From positions 7,694,771-7,758,770 of the forward strand of contig CAJINV010000004.1 in NCBI GenBank assembly GCA_905178155.1: 64,000 nt of DNA, read 5' to 3'. The position numbers were made by a program, and so were the translations under genes. The notes beneath the pieces were generated by a model. It was not told where the DNA came from. It made no database searches and worked only from the letters and a program-made list of their open reading frames with translations. Of the stretch, positions 13,801 to 24,228 are shown piece by piece (within the stretch, counting starts at the first letter, position 1; every line of letters begins with the position of its first letter). Origin of the DNA: Amoebophrya sp. A120. Its lineage: Eukaryota; Protista; Dinoflagellata.

Positions 13801-14097
13801 GAAAGCCTAATTATACGGAATCAACAAGAAACACGTTTAACATTTTCCCTTACGCAGAGGCAGAAGCCGCAACTACATCTCGAATTATATCATATAGCTA
13901 TGTCCTATCCTGTAGTACAACAAGTATACCTTGATGCTCTGCAGTGGTCGCCCTTGCTCATCCGTTGGTGGGGGTGCATCTGGAATCCCACCGCCCATCA
14001 TCGGTGCTGAACCACCATCCATTCCAAACTGTGCGGTAGCAAGCTGCGCGGCAACAACGCCGGCGAAAGCAACGCGAGCGAGCGTAGAAGTCGGCAT
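10850..14097 (-). CDS. MZB1/pERp1-like (saposin/canopy-related) ER-luminal protein with signal peptide and C-terminal KDEL
   Basis: Spliced product: MPTSTLARVAFAGVVAAQLATAQ..IEAPQITEEDQHGYNMPAMYMCNSCKSVMFH..EDMMEKACSPDVYEGYGVK..KNVLSGPALA..MGGDNWKKRLSEVC..LC..PGKDEL. This parallels the MZB1 motifs (APQL.DEE..MP..CDAC, YGV..L.GP.L, GG.W..RL..C). GT-AG introns at 13686-13929, 12393-12555 and 11041-11316, plus six introners. Confidence 0.82.
11380..11641. mobile_element. Introner-like TIR element, family B
   Basis: TATGGATTGCAAAAGTGTCTGGGTCTGG..CCAGACCCAGACATTTTTACATTTGATA; DR GCCCC. Confidence 0.92.
11685..11887. mobile_element. Degenerate introner-like element
   Basis: TAT..ATA ends and several GCATGAC/GCATCAC motifs. 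The DR is lost; removing the element plus 5 nt keeps the frame. Confidence 0.55.
11980..12242. mobile_element. Introner-like TIR element, family F
   Basis: TATCCTG..CACCCCAG / CTGGGGTG..CCGGATA; DR GGAGG/GGATG; junction KII|RDEM. Confidence 0.85.
12565..12871. mobile_element. Introner-like TIR element, family G
   Basis: TATGGATGCGTCAGGATCGAAATTGACAAAGT / ACTTTGTCGATTTCAAACCTGACGCTTCCATA; DR CAAAA; sibling at 49356-49663. Confidence 0.92.
12931..13204. mobile_element. Introner-like TIR element, family B
   Basis: Family B TIRs; DR CATGT; junction VEDM|MEKAC. Confidence 0.9.
13279..13586. mobile_element. Introner-like TIR element, family F
   Basis: TATCATTTGTAAAAACGTCC / GGGGACGTAGTTTTTACACAGGATA; DR ATTTG. 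Confidence 0.9.
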
Positions 14098-15360
14098 TTT
14101 TTTTTAAATCTTTTCTGGCTTCTTTTTAGGCTGCTTGTTCTCAGCGAGAAGAAGAGACCACGCTAAAGATGTGCCTATTGCGTGCAAACCGTTCGGGGTG
14201 GAAGTGCTCACTTTGCGCTTCTACGAGACTTGGTGTTGGATAGTTTTCGTCATGGACTTTTTACGGAAAGAACAAAAATCAAGCACTTTTGAAGATCATT
14301 CGGAACTGGAATTCAAGAAAACGCAACAAGAAAAACTGAAAATACTAACCGCTTATGTTGATCTTAATACGCAGAAAATATGTATGGTTTATTCCAAATC
14401 GCACCGCTAGAAAAGAGCTGATCGTGATCGGTGAAAAGATGAATTCCAATGAAAACACCATGCAGAGGAGGAACTCGAGTGACAGGGAAGAAGTTTGGAG
14501 TCTTTTACTGGGGTAGTAAGTAATCTTCACTTAGGGGTGTTGTCGTGGTCCTGGATTTTTTTCGCCGGAAACATAATTCGTCAGCTTTTTACTCTTTTTA
14601 AGTACCTTGTTAGCAGCAAGACAGTCTTTGATAGGCTATTCTATTCCGCTAATAAGTACAACGAGAAAGCTCTAGATTGGAAATTCCGTCGATTGGCAGT
14701 ACTGTTGTGAAAAAGACATGAACATGCGACCACCTTTGTTGTACACCTTTATTTCTCTCTCACCCCGCAACACCTTTGGGCGTATTCAGAGCTGCGCAGG
14801 ACTACAGCAATGACATAGGACTTCTTGAAATTTTTTGCTAATACACAACACACTTTTACTGCATCTATAAGCAAGATTTCCTTTACTCGACGTAGTATTT
14901 TTATCCTGACTACACGAGCCTGCAGCGGGGGGTGGCGACTGACATTTTTAATGTACATAGCATTGCATCGCTTTCTTCCTTCATTCATTCTTCGAAGTTT
15001 GATGTTACAATCCGCTGCTGTTGTAGGTCCTCCAATCTTCTGACAAAGCCTATACTTCTACTGTACTCTACACAGCTTTGCATCAAGAACTTCTCGCCAA
15101 ATCACCTGGACTACACTTCGACTCAGGCTGTGATGTTCGTTCTTGCGCAAGGAGGACCTTTGCAACTACAGCTTTCATTATGCACCTCCAGGAACATCAT
15201 CAACGACAAAGACGGAAAGCAAAAGAAAATAGACCGTGGCAGCTGCCTGTGCATTTCATCCCGCTCCCGCAAAATGTTGGTCCGAGATCGCCGAGAACAG
15301 CTTGCGTGTGGAAGATCTGAACATGGGGACGGCGGCGCATGATGAATGCTGCAGCCGATT

Positions 15361-15681
15361 TATCGGAAGGAAATGTCCCCCCTCCCCATATTGAAAACGC
15401 ATTCCTCTGAAGATTTGTGATGCAGATTTGAGGCCACAAATCCTGCCTGTCTTGCAAGAAGGCAAAGCCAGAGAGTCCGCCGCATTATGCCGGCGGTTTG
15501 TGATGCTGTTGGGCTTACAGAGCCGACCTCTGTCATGCTAGTCCCCTACGTCGAAACCTCTCGACCCAGGCTTGGCATATACCTGCAGTTCTCTCCAGCA
15601 AGACAGACTTGATTTGTGTACGCAAATCCAGCATCAGAAACTTCGTTTCGATATGGGGAGGGGAGATTTTTCCTTTTGATA
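15361..15681. mobile_element. Introner-like TIR element, family A, in Acl4 3' UTR
   Basis: Family A TIRs; DR CGATT. Confidence 0.9.
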
Positions 15682-15704
15682 CGATTCTAGTACAACCCGT
15701 TCTA

Positions 15705-18700
15705 TCACCGCCGCCCTCCTCGGTTGGATCCCCTGGATATCGCAAGGAAAAATCCCCCCTCCCCATATTGAAGAGGTAGGTTTTCGAAAATTTGTGTTGC
15801 TGATTTGAGGTCACAAATCACGTCTGTGTTGCAAGAAGACAAGGGCAGCAGCTTCCGTCCCATTATGGAGGCGGTTTGTCATGCTGTTGAGCCAACATCA
15901 CGGACGCTTCTCATGCTAAGCGCCTAAGTCAAAGCATCTCTGCTCAGGCTTGATATGGGTCTGCAGTCCTCTCTAGCAAGACAGATGTGATTTGTGTACT
16001 CAAATACAGCAACACAAATTCCGCTTTCGATATGGGGAGGGGGGATTTTTCCTCACAATACTGGACCCGCTGGACCCCGTGCTCCCCCGGGAGGTCGATC
16101 GGTGGCGCGCGCTGGTGGTAGCGGCACCAATTGAAGATGAACCTCCTGCCCCTGCGGTCGTGTTCGTTCCCACTGGATGCTGCTCCTGCTGCAGTTTCGC
16201 GATGCGGCGCTGCAGGCTGGTGAAGTTTTCCCGCCAATCTATCCTGAGGAAAAACGGGGCCCACACACCAGAGTCAAGATGTTGGGAAATCTGCTAGACA
16301 AATTAGCCAGCTTTGGTTGTTTCGCATGACAAGTTTGATGTCCTCGTAGTGTAATCCTGTTTAGGTAATGTTGAGAAGCATCACAGATCTAGCACATCAT
16401 GCTGATTTTAGCATCACAAATCCCAAAAACACGACTGGAAAATGCTTCTCATGGGGCTCCGCATAAGGAACTTGTTTGGCATGCAGATTTGCATGACAAC
16501 TCTGGGGTGGGGACGTTTTTACACAGGATACAATCCTCCAAGCAATCCGGCATCTTCTGCAAAATCTCCGTGGCGCGCTCGTAGCACTCCTCGGCGGTGG
16601 CCAAGTCTCCGTTGGTGCAATGCAGCGTCGCAAGGAGGTACCTGAGGAGGGGTGTCGGATGAACGGTGAAAAATGTGTTTTTATAGCAAGAATAGCTAGA
16701 GGTTTATTTTACAATTTTGATTCATTGTACATGAGAATTATGGCAGAAGTCTTGAGGCATTAACAGATTCGTGACCAGCACCTCCACCGGGAGGGATCTG
16801 GAAAAAAAAATTATTCCGATATGATGTTCATGAAGAGGCGATGACTATGAACATCAAAAGTGTCAATTTTTTATACCAGCACTGCACGTCCTCTTCGTTC
16901 AGCTGGATCAAGTGCGACAGCAGTCCCTCCGCCTCGGTGAACATGCGCAGGTCGATCATGGTCGTGACCAGCTTAATTTGCAACTCCGGCGGTGCGTCGT
17001 CCAAATCATTATCGTCAGCGCTGTCCTCCTCCTCGTCGCTGTCGAGATTTTCCATGTCCGAATCAAACTCCGTCTCCATCAGCATTTTTTGTTCCGCGTC
17101 AGTGATGGCAGTTGTATTTGTATTTCCCATTTCACCTTCCAGTAACGATGCCGGTGACCCGGCGGGGCTACTCTCCGCGAACGTCGTGTCTACCATGTCG
17201 ACGTCCATGTTGTCTACTCCCGCATTGCTAGTACAAGAACCCGATGTAGTTGACGACTCCTGCGCCACATAACAACCAGATGCTTGTTCAGCTGCGGCGA
17301 CAGCGACGGCACCAGCTCCGGTAGCTTGATGGCCGATCATTACTGTTGTGGACGTCGAAGATGTGGTGGTTGACAGCGTCTTGTTTCCATTCACCAGTGA
17401 TGTCGTGGTGGAACTACAACTGCTCGAAGATGTAATATTAATCGTGTCCGTGATAGCTGCACTTGCAAGAAGAGTCTTGCTGTTCTTCCTCGAACTCGCC
17501 CGGCTGCTGTTGCGCTTGTTGTTGTTCTGAGAGGAACAAATTTTGTTTTTCGCATGATCAACATCAGCAGCAACGTCTTCCATTTTCTCGTTTTCTCTGT
17601 CCTCCTCGTCTCCACCTTCCACGTCGAACAGCTGACACGCTTTCTCGTTGATCTTCAGCACGGTCTCGTACGCGGTGGTCGCGTACTCAATCGCCTTCTC
17701 AATGTTCTGCACGGTCTTGTGAAAACACGCCAACGCAACCTGCACCTCCGGGTGGGTCTCGTCGTACTCGTACGCTTTTTATCAAATGCAAATATGTGGT
17801 CTGGGTCGGGAAGACTGGGGGTTTCTCATGCACATTTTGCATGGCCCGTGAGGTCTGTGATGCAAGTCCTAGCATCACAGATTTTTGAAGGCTTCTTGAT
17901 GCTTATTTCGCATGAGAAATGCCAATCTCTCCGCGTGCCAAGACCTGAACTCCTCTTGCTGATCATGCCACACAGAGGTTAGAACAATCCGCAGACAGCA
18001 TTACAAGTTCCATCCTTCCAGACCCAGACATATTTGCAATGCATACTTTTTCGAGGAAGAATTTGCACTGCTCCTCGGCCTCCGGTTCGTCACAAAGGTC
18101 GGTCATATAGATCTCGCTCATGGCGACCAGAATCGTCCCCGCGGACACCGGTTTTTCCTCCGCGTGGAGGACATTTTCCAGCTCATCGAGCTCCTTGTCA
18201 CGACCGGCCGGGTAGGGGTGGTCAGAACCTGTTGTACTTCTACCCGTGGTCGTCGTGTTCGATGTTCCTTCGGTCGCGCTAGTATTATTCGACGTTGCCG
18301 CGTTATTATTTGCTGTTGCACCATGAAAGTCGTTCTTCCTCGACGACGATCGCATGTTGGTCTTCCCACTCTTCTTACAAGACGACTGCTTTTTTTTGCA
18401 GCTGCTGCTCCTACTGCTTGCGCGATTTGCAGCAGATGCGTTGCCGAAAATTCCGCCGGCAAGATGTTGACCACCTGCGTCTTCCTCCACGTTGACGTAC
18501 CCGACGACCTTCAGCGCCTCTTCGTACAACCGCAAGGCGTCGTGCCCGTCCGACATCTGCGCCAGATACAAGTTATTCTGTGCGAAAGTATCGTGCTCCG
18601 TATTGCAATCATGCATTACAAATTTTTTTCGTAAGGTAAATCCGCATTACAGATTTCATTTCTCATGCTGCGGAAATTTGTAATGCATTTATACAAGTAT

Positions 18701-19342
18701 CGGATACTTTTGCAATTCATACAAGTACTTCTTCGCGGACAGGTTGTCTCCGTTATCAAATGTAAAAATGTCTGGGTCTGGAATGTTGCCGGGTTTATCA
18801 TGTATGTTTTGCATGACCCAGGATGTCTGTAATGCATGACTTAGCATCGCAGATTTTTGGAGGGCTTCCTGATGCCTAATCCGCATGACAAATGCCCTCC
18901 CCCCTTAGCACAAACTAGGCTGCTCTTGCTGATCATGCAATGCAGATTTTTCTAGAGTCCAGAGTTAGCATCACAAGCTCCAACCTTCCAGACCCAGACA
19001 TTTGTACATTTGATAGCCGTAGCCCGGGTGCAACTGGATACTCCGGCAGAAGAGCTCCCGCGCCGCGTCCGGGTCCTCCGCCCCGAACTGACAGAGAAAC
19101 TCTCCGTAGGCGTCCAGGCCGCGGTGGTCATTCGGGTGGTCCTCCACGCACTTCCGCAGAAACCGGTCGGCGAGCTCGGTGTCCGGCTGCCCGGCGTCGA
19201 GCAGCTGCTTCACCTTGATCAGCATGTCGGTCACCTTTTTCTTTTCCGCGAGCGTGGGCGCCGCATTCGAATTAGTACCATTCTTCGCGTTGGACGTGGA
19301 AAAGTTCGCGAAGAACGGGTGCTGAAACTGGAAACCCGGCAT
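15705..19342 (-). CDS. ACL4: Acl4-like TPR assembly chaperone of ribosomal protein uL4
   Basis: Spliced product contains KKYLYLAQMSDGHDALRLYEEALKV, ILVAMSEIYMTDLCDEPEAEEQCKFFLEKA (the Acl4 signature EI.MTDLC.EP.AEEQC) and VQCWYLLATLH. One GT-AG intron at 16642-16876 and five introners. Confidence 0.88.
15738..16060. mobile_element. Introner-like TIR element, family A
   Basis: Family A TIRs; DR CTGGA. Confidence 0.92.
16240..16530. mobile_element. Introner-like TIR element, family F
   Basis: TATCCTGAGGAAAAACG / CGTTTTTACACAGGATA; DR CAATC; junction LEDW|RENF. Confidence 0.92.
17780..18045. mobile_element. Introner-like TIR element, family B
   Basis: Family B TIRs; DR CTTTT; junction LEK|AYEYD. 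Confidence 0.92.
18574..18721. mobile_element. Introner-like TIR element, family E
   Basis: TATTCTGTGCGAAAGTATC / GATACTTTTGCAATTCATA; DR CAAGT; junction KYL|YLAQ. Confidence 0.9.
18754..19015. mobile_element. Introner-like TIR element, family B
   Basis: Family B TIRs; DR TCCGT/GCCGT. Confidence 0.9.
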
Positions 19343-20293
19343 GGTTGGGAATTTTCAAGTTGTTGAGGGTTTTTTTCTGCTTTTTCTTCTACAACTCGAT
19401 GTCTAAAACTACCCCTAAAGTGCTCTGATCAGCGACCCGCACGTGAATATCTTTTGTAGCCTTTCGATTTGTTCTTTCGCCCAATGCAAAATGTTGTCGT
19501 GGGAGTGTCTGCGAGTTGTATTTTCTTCTATGTCCTTGTTGTGGATCCGCGAGAAACTTCTATGAGCTGCAATTAGGCAGTACAGAAGGAAGTGCTTGAT
19601 AAAAAGCCGTATTCTTGGTGTAGCAAGCTACAGCCGTAGCTGCTAAAATTTTGCAAATTTTTCCGGCACCATCTTGGAGACGATGCGGGGCGACTTTGGA
19701 AAAGTCACGCCTGTTGAGTTGTTTGGGTAGGTGGAATGAATGTGAAATGAATGTAAAGTAGGTAGAGTTCTACTATGTGGTGCTCTAATGTTAAGTACTA
19801 CCACCACTTGATCCATTAATGATCCAAGATTTTGATCAGCCCTACACCTTTGTGGCTTCTACTTCAGAGATCCTGATGTCCTTTGATGTACTGAGGAGAT
19901 TTAAGAAGATCCAAAAGCGTTATAAGGCAACGCGGATCTTAGTATGAATTAGGTGATCTACAACTTCGTAGACAGGCATTATTTCTGTTGGCGGACCGGA
20001 AGATGCTAGTGAGTAGCAGTAGCTGTACCACAAAAGGCATGCGTTGTGATGAAAGCTGTGTCAATGATCCAGTGTAAAAACGGTGACGGTGGCCTGAGTA
20101 GATTGCAGCAAGTTGCAAAAATTCTTAAATGCAGGAATTTTTGGTCTTGGACATAGTAGGACAACTTATTTGTCATGATCTTTGTCTGGATTATTCCCGC
20201 ATCTCGGGTTTTCGCAGGTGGCACAACTTTTTTCAGGTTTTTCTTTTTTCATTTCATAACCTGTTGCTCTGATCAGAAATAACTATGGCCCCC

Positions 20294-23200
20294 TTATTCG
20301 TGAACCACCAACGGGGTAGCAAGCGGATTTTCATGATGAGATGCACTGCTATTTCCGCTGGTTCCATCCGGCTTTGTCCCAGAACCTTCGACCTCCCGTG
20401 ACAAGCACTTGTAACACCCGGGCTCGTCGAAAATGTAGCTCGCGAGGAAGAGAAAAATGAAAAAGATCTGGCTCAACTGCCCCACGCCAATGTAGGTGAT
20501 GATTGTGTCCGCTCCGAAGCGTGCAGCGGATCTTTCTGTCGATAAAGCCGCACCATCGCTACTGCTCGTGGCCTGCTGCTCCGTTGAAGTGCTCATCTGG
20601 GAGGTAGTTCTTGCGTAGTAATTTCTAGCGTCGAAACCGAAACCAAGCACGAACTCCAGCAACATGCCCGCCCGAATCACAAACGCCAGTGCCATGCCGA
20701 ACACGATCAGGAGCCGGGCGTAGAGCGTAGAACGGATTTTTCTTCGTTGGGACAGTAATTCCAAGAGCTTCTGCGCCAAATTGTCGACGGGCTGGCGGTG
20801 CTGGTCCCGTTCCAAATTGTCCATGCCGCTGCGGGCACTAGTTCTGATCGGGCGATCCTCATTCCGCTTCCAATTCACACCACTGCCACCTGCGACCAAA
20901 ACCGCCTGGGCCTGCACGATCGTGAACAGCAAGCAGTGCGCCAACGACTGCGTAAAGAAGAACGCCGCGAACAGGAGGTGGACGAAGGAGCGAAGCTCAA
21001 TGCCGTCATCGGGAGAGGACCCGTCGTGCACAGCTCGAAGAGGCTCGGGAGGTGGTGTGCTCGCCGGCGCGGCTGCTGGAACTACTGTCTTGCCACTTGG
21101 TATTAATCTTGCCGCCGTGGCGAGAGCGATCTCGGTTTCGAAAATCGTCTCCGTTACGAAGAAGAAATTTTGCTGTAGGTGTACTAAGCCCTGGCCCGCG
21201 AGTCCGATACCCGACATCCTACAAAAAAGAAGCGCAGCGATACCAGAGGGAAAAGCGCCGTAGATCCGCCTCGGGTATTTTTCATATATTCGTGGCACAG
21301 CAGGGCCCTTTCTTGCCGCTCCCCGCGGCCAACTTTCTGATGGCGCTTTTCTATCCCGGGTCTTAGGCGCTTCGTTTAAGTGCTTCGCTTAAGTGCTTCG
21401 CTTAGGTGCTTCGCTTAAGTGCTTCGCTTAGGTGCTTCGCTGAAGTGCTTCGCTTAAGTGCTTCGCCGAATTGCTTCGCTGAAGTGCTTCGCTGAAGTGC
21501 TTCGCTGAAGTGCTTCGCTTAAGTGCTTCGCTTACGTGCTTCGCTTAAGTGCTTCGCTTAAGTGCTTCGCCTAAGTGCTTTGCTTAAGTGCTTCGCTTAA
21601 ATAGTGCGGCGCTTAAGTCGTTCGGCGCTTAAGTCGTTCGGCGCTTAAGTCGTGCGCCGCTTGACTCGTCCGTCGGCGCTTAAGTCGTGCGTCCCTTAAC
21701 TAGTGCGTCCCTTAAGTAGTGCGTCCCTTAACTAGTGCGTCCCTAAACTAGTGCGTCCCTTAACTAGTGCGTCCCTTAACTAGTGCGCTCCTTAGCTAGT
21801 GCGCTTTTAACTAGTGCGTCACTTAACTAGTGCGCCCCTTAATTAGTGCGTCCCTTAACTAGTGCGTCCCTTAACTAGTACGTCCCTTAACTAGTGCGCC
21901 CCTTTTTAACTAGTGCGTCCCTTAACTAGTGCGTCCTGTAACAAACTAGTGCGTCCCTTAACTAGTGCGCCCCTTTTTAACTAGTGCGTCCCTTGACTAG
22001 TGCGTCCCTTACCCAGTGCGCCGCCTGCACAAAATTTTTCTCCTCTTGTGGCCTCAGCATAGAGAGAGCTTCTACTTGCCGTGATGCAAACTGAGCAGGC
22101 CAAATTTGTTTTTCTGCTGGTCGCATGGGTGTCCTTTTCTGTAGAATACCTGAGCCGAGGAAAAAGCGCGCAAGTATCTTGTAGTCCCGGACGAACAGGA
22201 AGAATTTGCATCGGAGTCGGGCCAGCCGCTGAAAAAAAGTTGCTGACGACGTCGCTGCACCACGTAGTTCCCCTGGGGGGTCCCCGTCGGCCGCGGCGAT
22301 CTGCGCCACGTCCTCCCAGTTTCGTCGCAGCGTGCTCGTTATGCATATGCAAAAGTAACGTACTAGTATAAATTGCATTACAAATTTTTCCAAAAGAAAA
22401 AATGGAATTTGTGATGCTGACTCGCCTAAAAAGGGAGATTGGTAATGCATGACTGCGATTACTACGAGTACGATACTTTTGCAGAGGATACTCGCTTCCG
22501 AACAACACAGGAACACTATCCCGCAGAATTTGCATCGGAGTCGGGCCTATGCATGGCAAATGCGTCCGGGTCTGGAAGAGTGCAAACTTGTGATGCGCAT
22601 TTCACAACACATAAAAATTTCTCATGCATAGGCAGCAAAAGTTACCAATTTTCTGTCACCAAATGGGAGGTTTGTCATGCAGTTTCGGCATTGCGGAACC
22701 TTCTCGACGAAATCTGTGATGCTAGAGCTTCCATGCCAGACCTTGTTCTGACTGCGTCATGCAAAAACAGCATGACAACTCGTCCAGACGCAGACATATT
22801 TGCACTTGATAGGGCCAGCCGCTGGAAAAAAGTTGCTGACAACGCTCTTCTTGCACGTAGTTCCCCTGGGCGGTGGTCCTCGTCGATTTCAACCTGGTTC
22901 GTCGCTGTGTAATTTGTTTTCTCATCCTCTCCGACGTAGTTCTCTTGTGAGAATGTATGTTCATCTGCATGGTGTTCATCTTCGGCATTTATTTCTATTC
23001 CACCTCCCGCCGCGGCAATTATCTCACGAAAAAACTGTTTCACTGTGATGATTTTGCAAGATCTGCATCACAAGTTTGTTACGCATGACACAGAAAATTT
23101 GTCATGCGCGCTTCCCAAAGGAAAACACGCTTGCAAATCCACTGTCTTGCAGGTGTAGCAAGACAAATGGTTCTGTGTTCCATTTTCGCCATCACAAGTC

Positions 23201-23693
23201 CACAGTGAAACAGTTTTTTCTTGCGATAGCAATCTGCGCCACGTCCTCCCAGTTTCGTCGCAGCGTACTCGTTTCCGAACAACACAGGAATAGTATCCCG
23301 CAGAAAGACACCAGGCCAAACGACACATCCGCGCGGAGGCGCTGCCCGCGGGTCTCGTTGCAGGTCAGGGACACCGGCAAGATGACATTTCGGTGCCGCT
23401 CGTAGCTATCGTACGAAAAAAGTGTTTCACTGTAAGGATTTTGCAAGTTTTGCATCACAAGTTTGTTTTACATGACCGCGGAAATTTGCCATGCGGCGTT
23501 CCTACGGGGAAACACAGCTAGGAATCCATTGTCTTGCATTTGTAGCATGACACGCAATTCTGCGATCCATTTTCTGCATCACAAGTTTACAGTGAAACAG
23601 TTTTTTCTTGCGGTAGTAGCTGCCGACGTACTCGTTGGACAGAATGCAGAAAAAATTCACGGTCAGCACCACGGCAAGGACCAGGCGGTGATC
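20294..23693 (-). CDS. Multi-pass membrane protein, DRAM/Frag1/Sfk1 (TMEM150)-like, with an internal duplication; 5' exon not located
   Basis: LVLAVVLTVNFFCIL..HRNVILPVSLTC..FGLVSFCGILFLCC..VHLLFAAFFF..QIFFIFLFLASYIFD. Four introners and a GT-AG intron at 21362-22012 join it in frame to ORF 20294-21298. Confidence 0.6.
21362..22012. repeat. Compound minisatellite (13-mer GCTTCGCTTAAGT grading into 16-mer TTAACTAGTGCGTCCC) forming a GT-AG intron
   Basis: Tandem arrays are directly visible. Minus-strand donor TGG|GTAAGG at 22012 and acceptor CTAAG|ACC at 21362, both phase 0. Confidence 0.9.
22340..22490. mobile_element. Introner-like TIR element, family E
   Basis: TATGCATATGCAAAAGTA / TACTTTTGCAGAGGATA; DR CTCGT/CTCGC; empty paralogous site near 23270. 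Confidence 0.92.
22548..22811. mobile_element. Introner-like TIR element, family B
   Basis: Family B TIRs; DR GGGCC; empty paralogous site near 22220. Confidence 0.93.
23020..23228. mobile_element. Introner-like TIR element, family H
   Basis: TATCTCACGAAAAAACTGTTTCACTGT / ACAGTGAAACAGTTTTTTCTTGCGATA; DR GCAAT; empty paralogous site near 22298. Confidence 0.93.
23407..23615. mobile_element. Introner-like TIR element, family H
   Basis: Family H TIRs; DR GTAGC. Confidence 0.92.
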
Positions 23694-24228
23694 TGAAGAA
23701 ATTGGTGTGAAGAACGAAGACATCTTTATTCTTCATATGTTTTTATGTAGTATGCGGCTTTGCTAGAACAACTTGACTCTCGGGTAGTACTGCAGGCGTG
23801 GAAAAAAGATGAACCAAGTTCGTTGTACTCCTTACTGTAAAATAAAGCCGCAAATTTTTATACATAGGACGAACCCCATCGAGTCGGAGGAAGAAGCGGA
23901 TCAAGCAAAAAACGAACCTATCGAAAAACAAATGATGAAAAAACAACCGCAAAGTGTGATGAAGTAGAACACCTTCCGCAGACGTCGAGGTACTATGTTA
24001 TTTCTGCCGGACCCTCAAATAAACCCGTTCGAAGATTCATGTCGTCGCGTAGCCGCTCCCGCCCGAATTTTTGGAATTATTCCGGTTCTTCCAGGGCTGC
24101 TTTTTCCAATTTCAGGTATGACGGAAAAAGAAAACCGCTCTGCACAGGTGGCGAAATGAGCATTTTGCATAATGCATAGCATAATCATTTTCATCGAGTT
24201 TTTATTGGTGCATCACGAGAAGAAACTT

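Noticed and set aside
21362-22012. Telomeric repeat
   Set aside because: The units are 13 and 16 bp, not TTTAGGG-like, and the array is internal to a gene.
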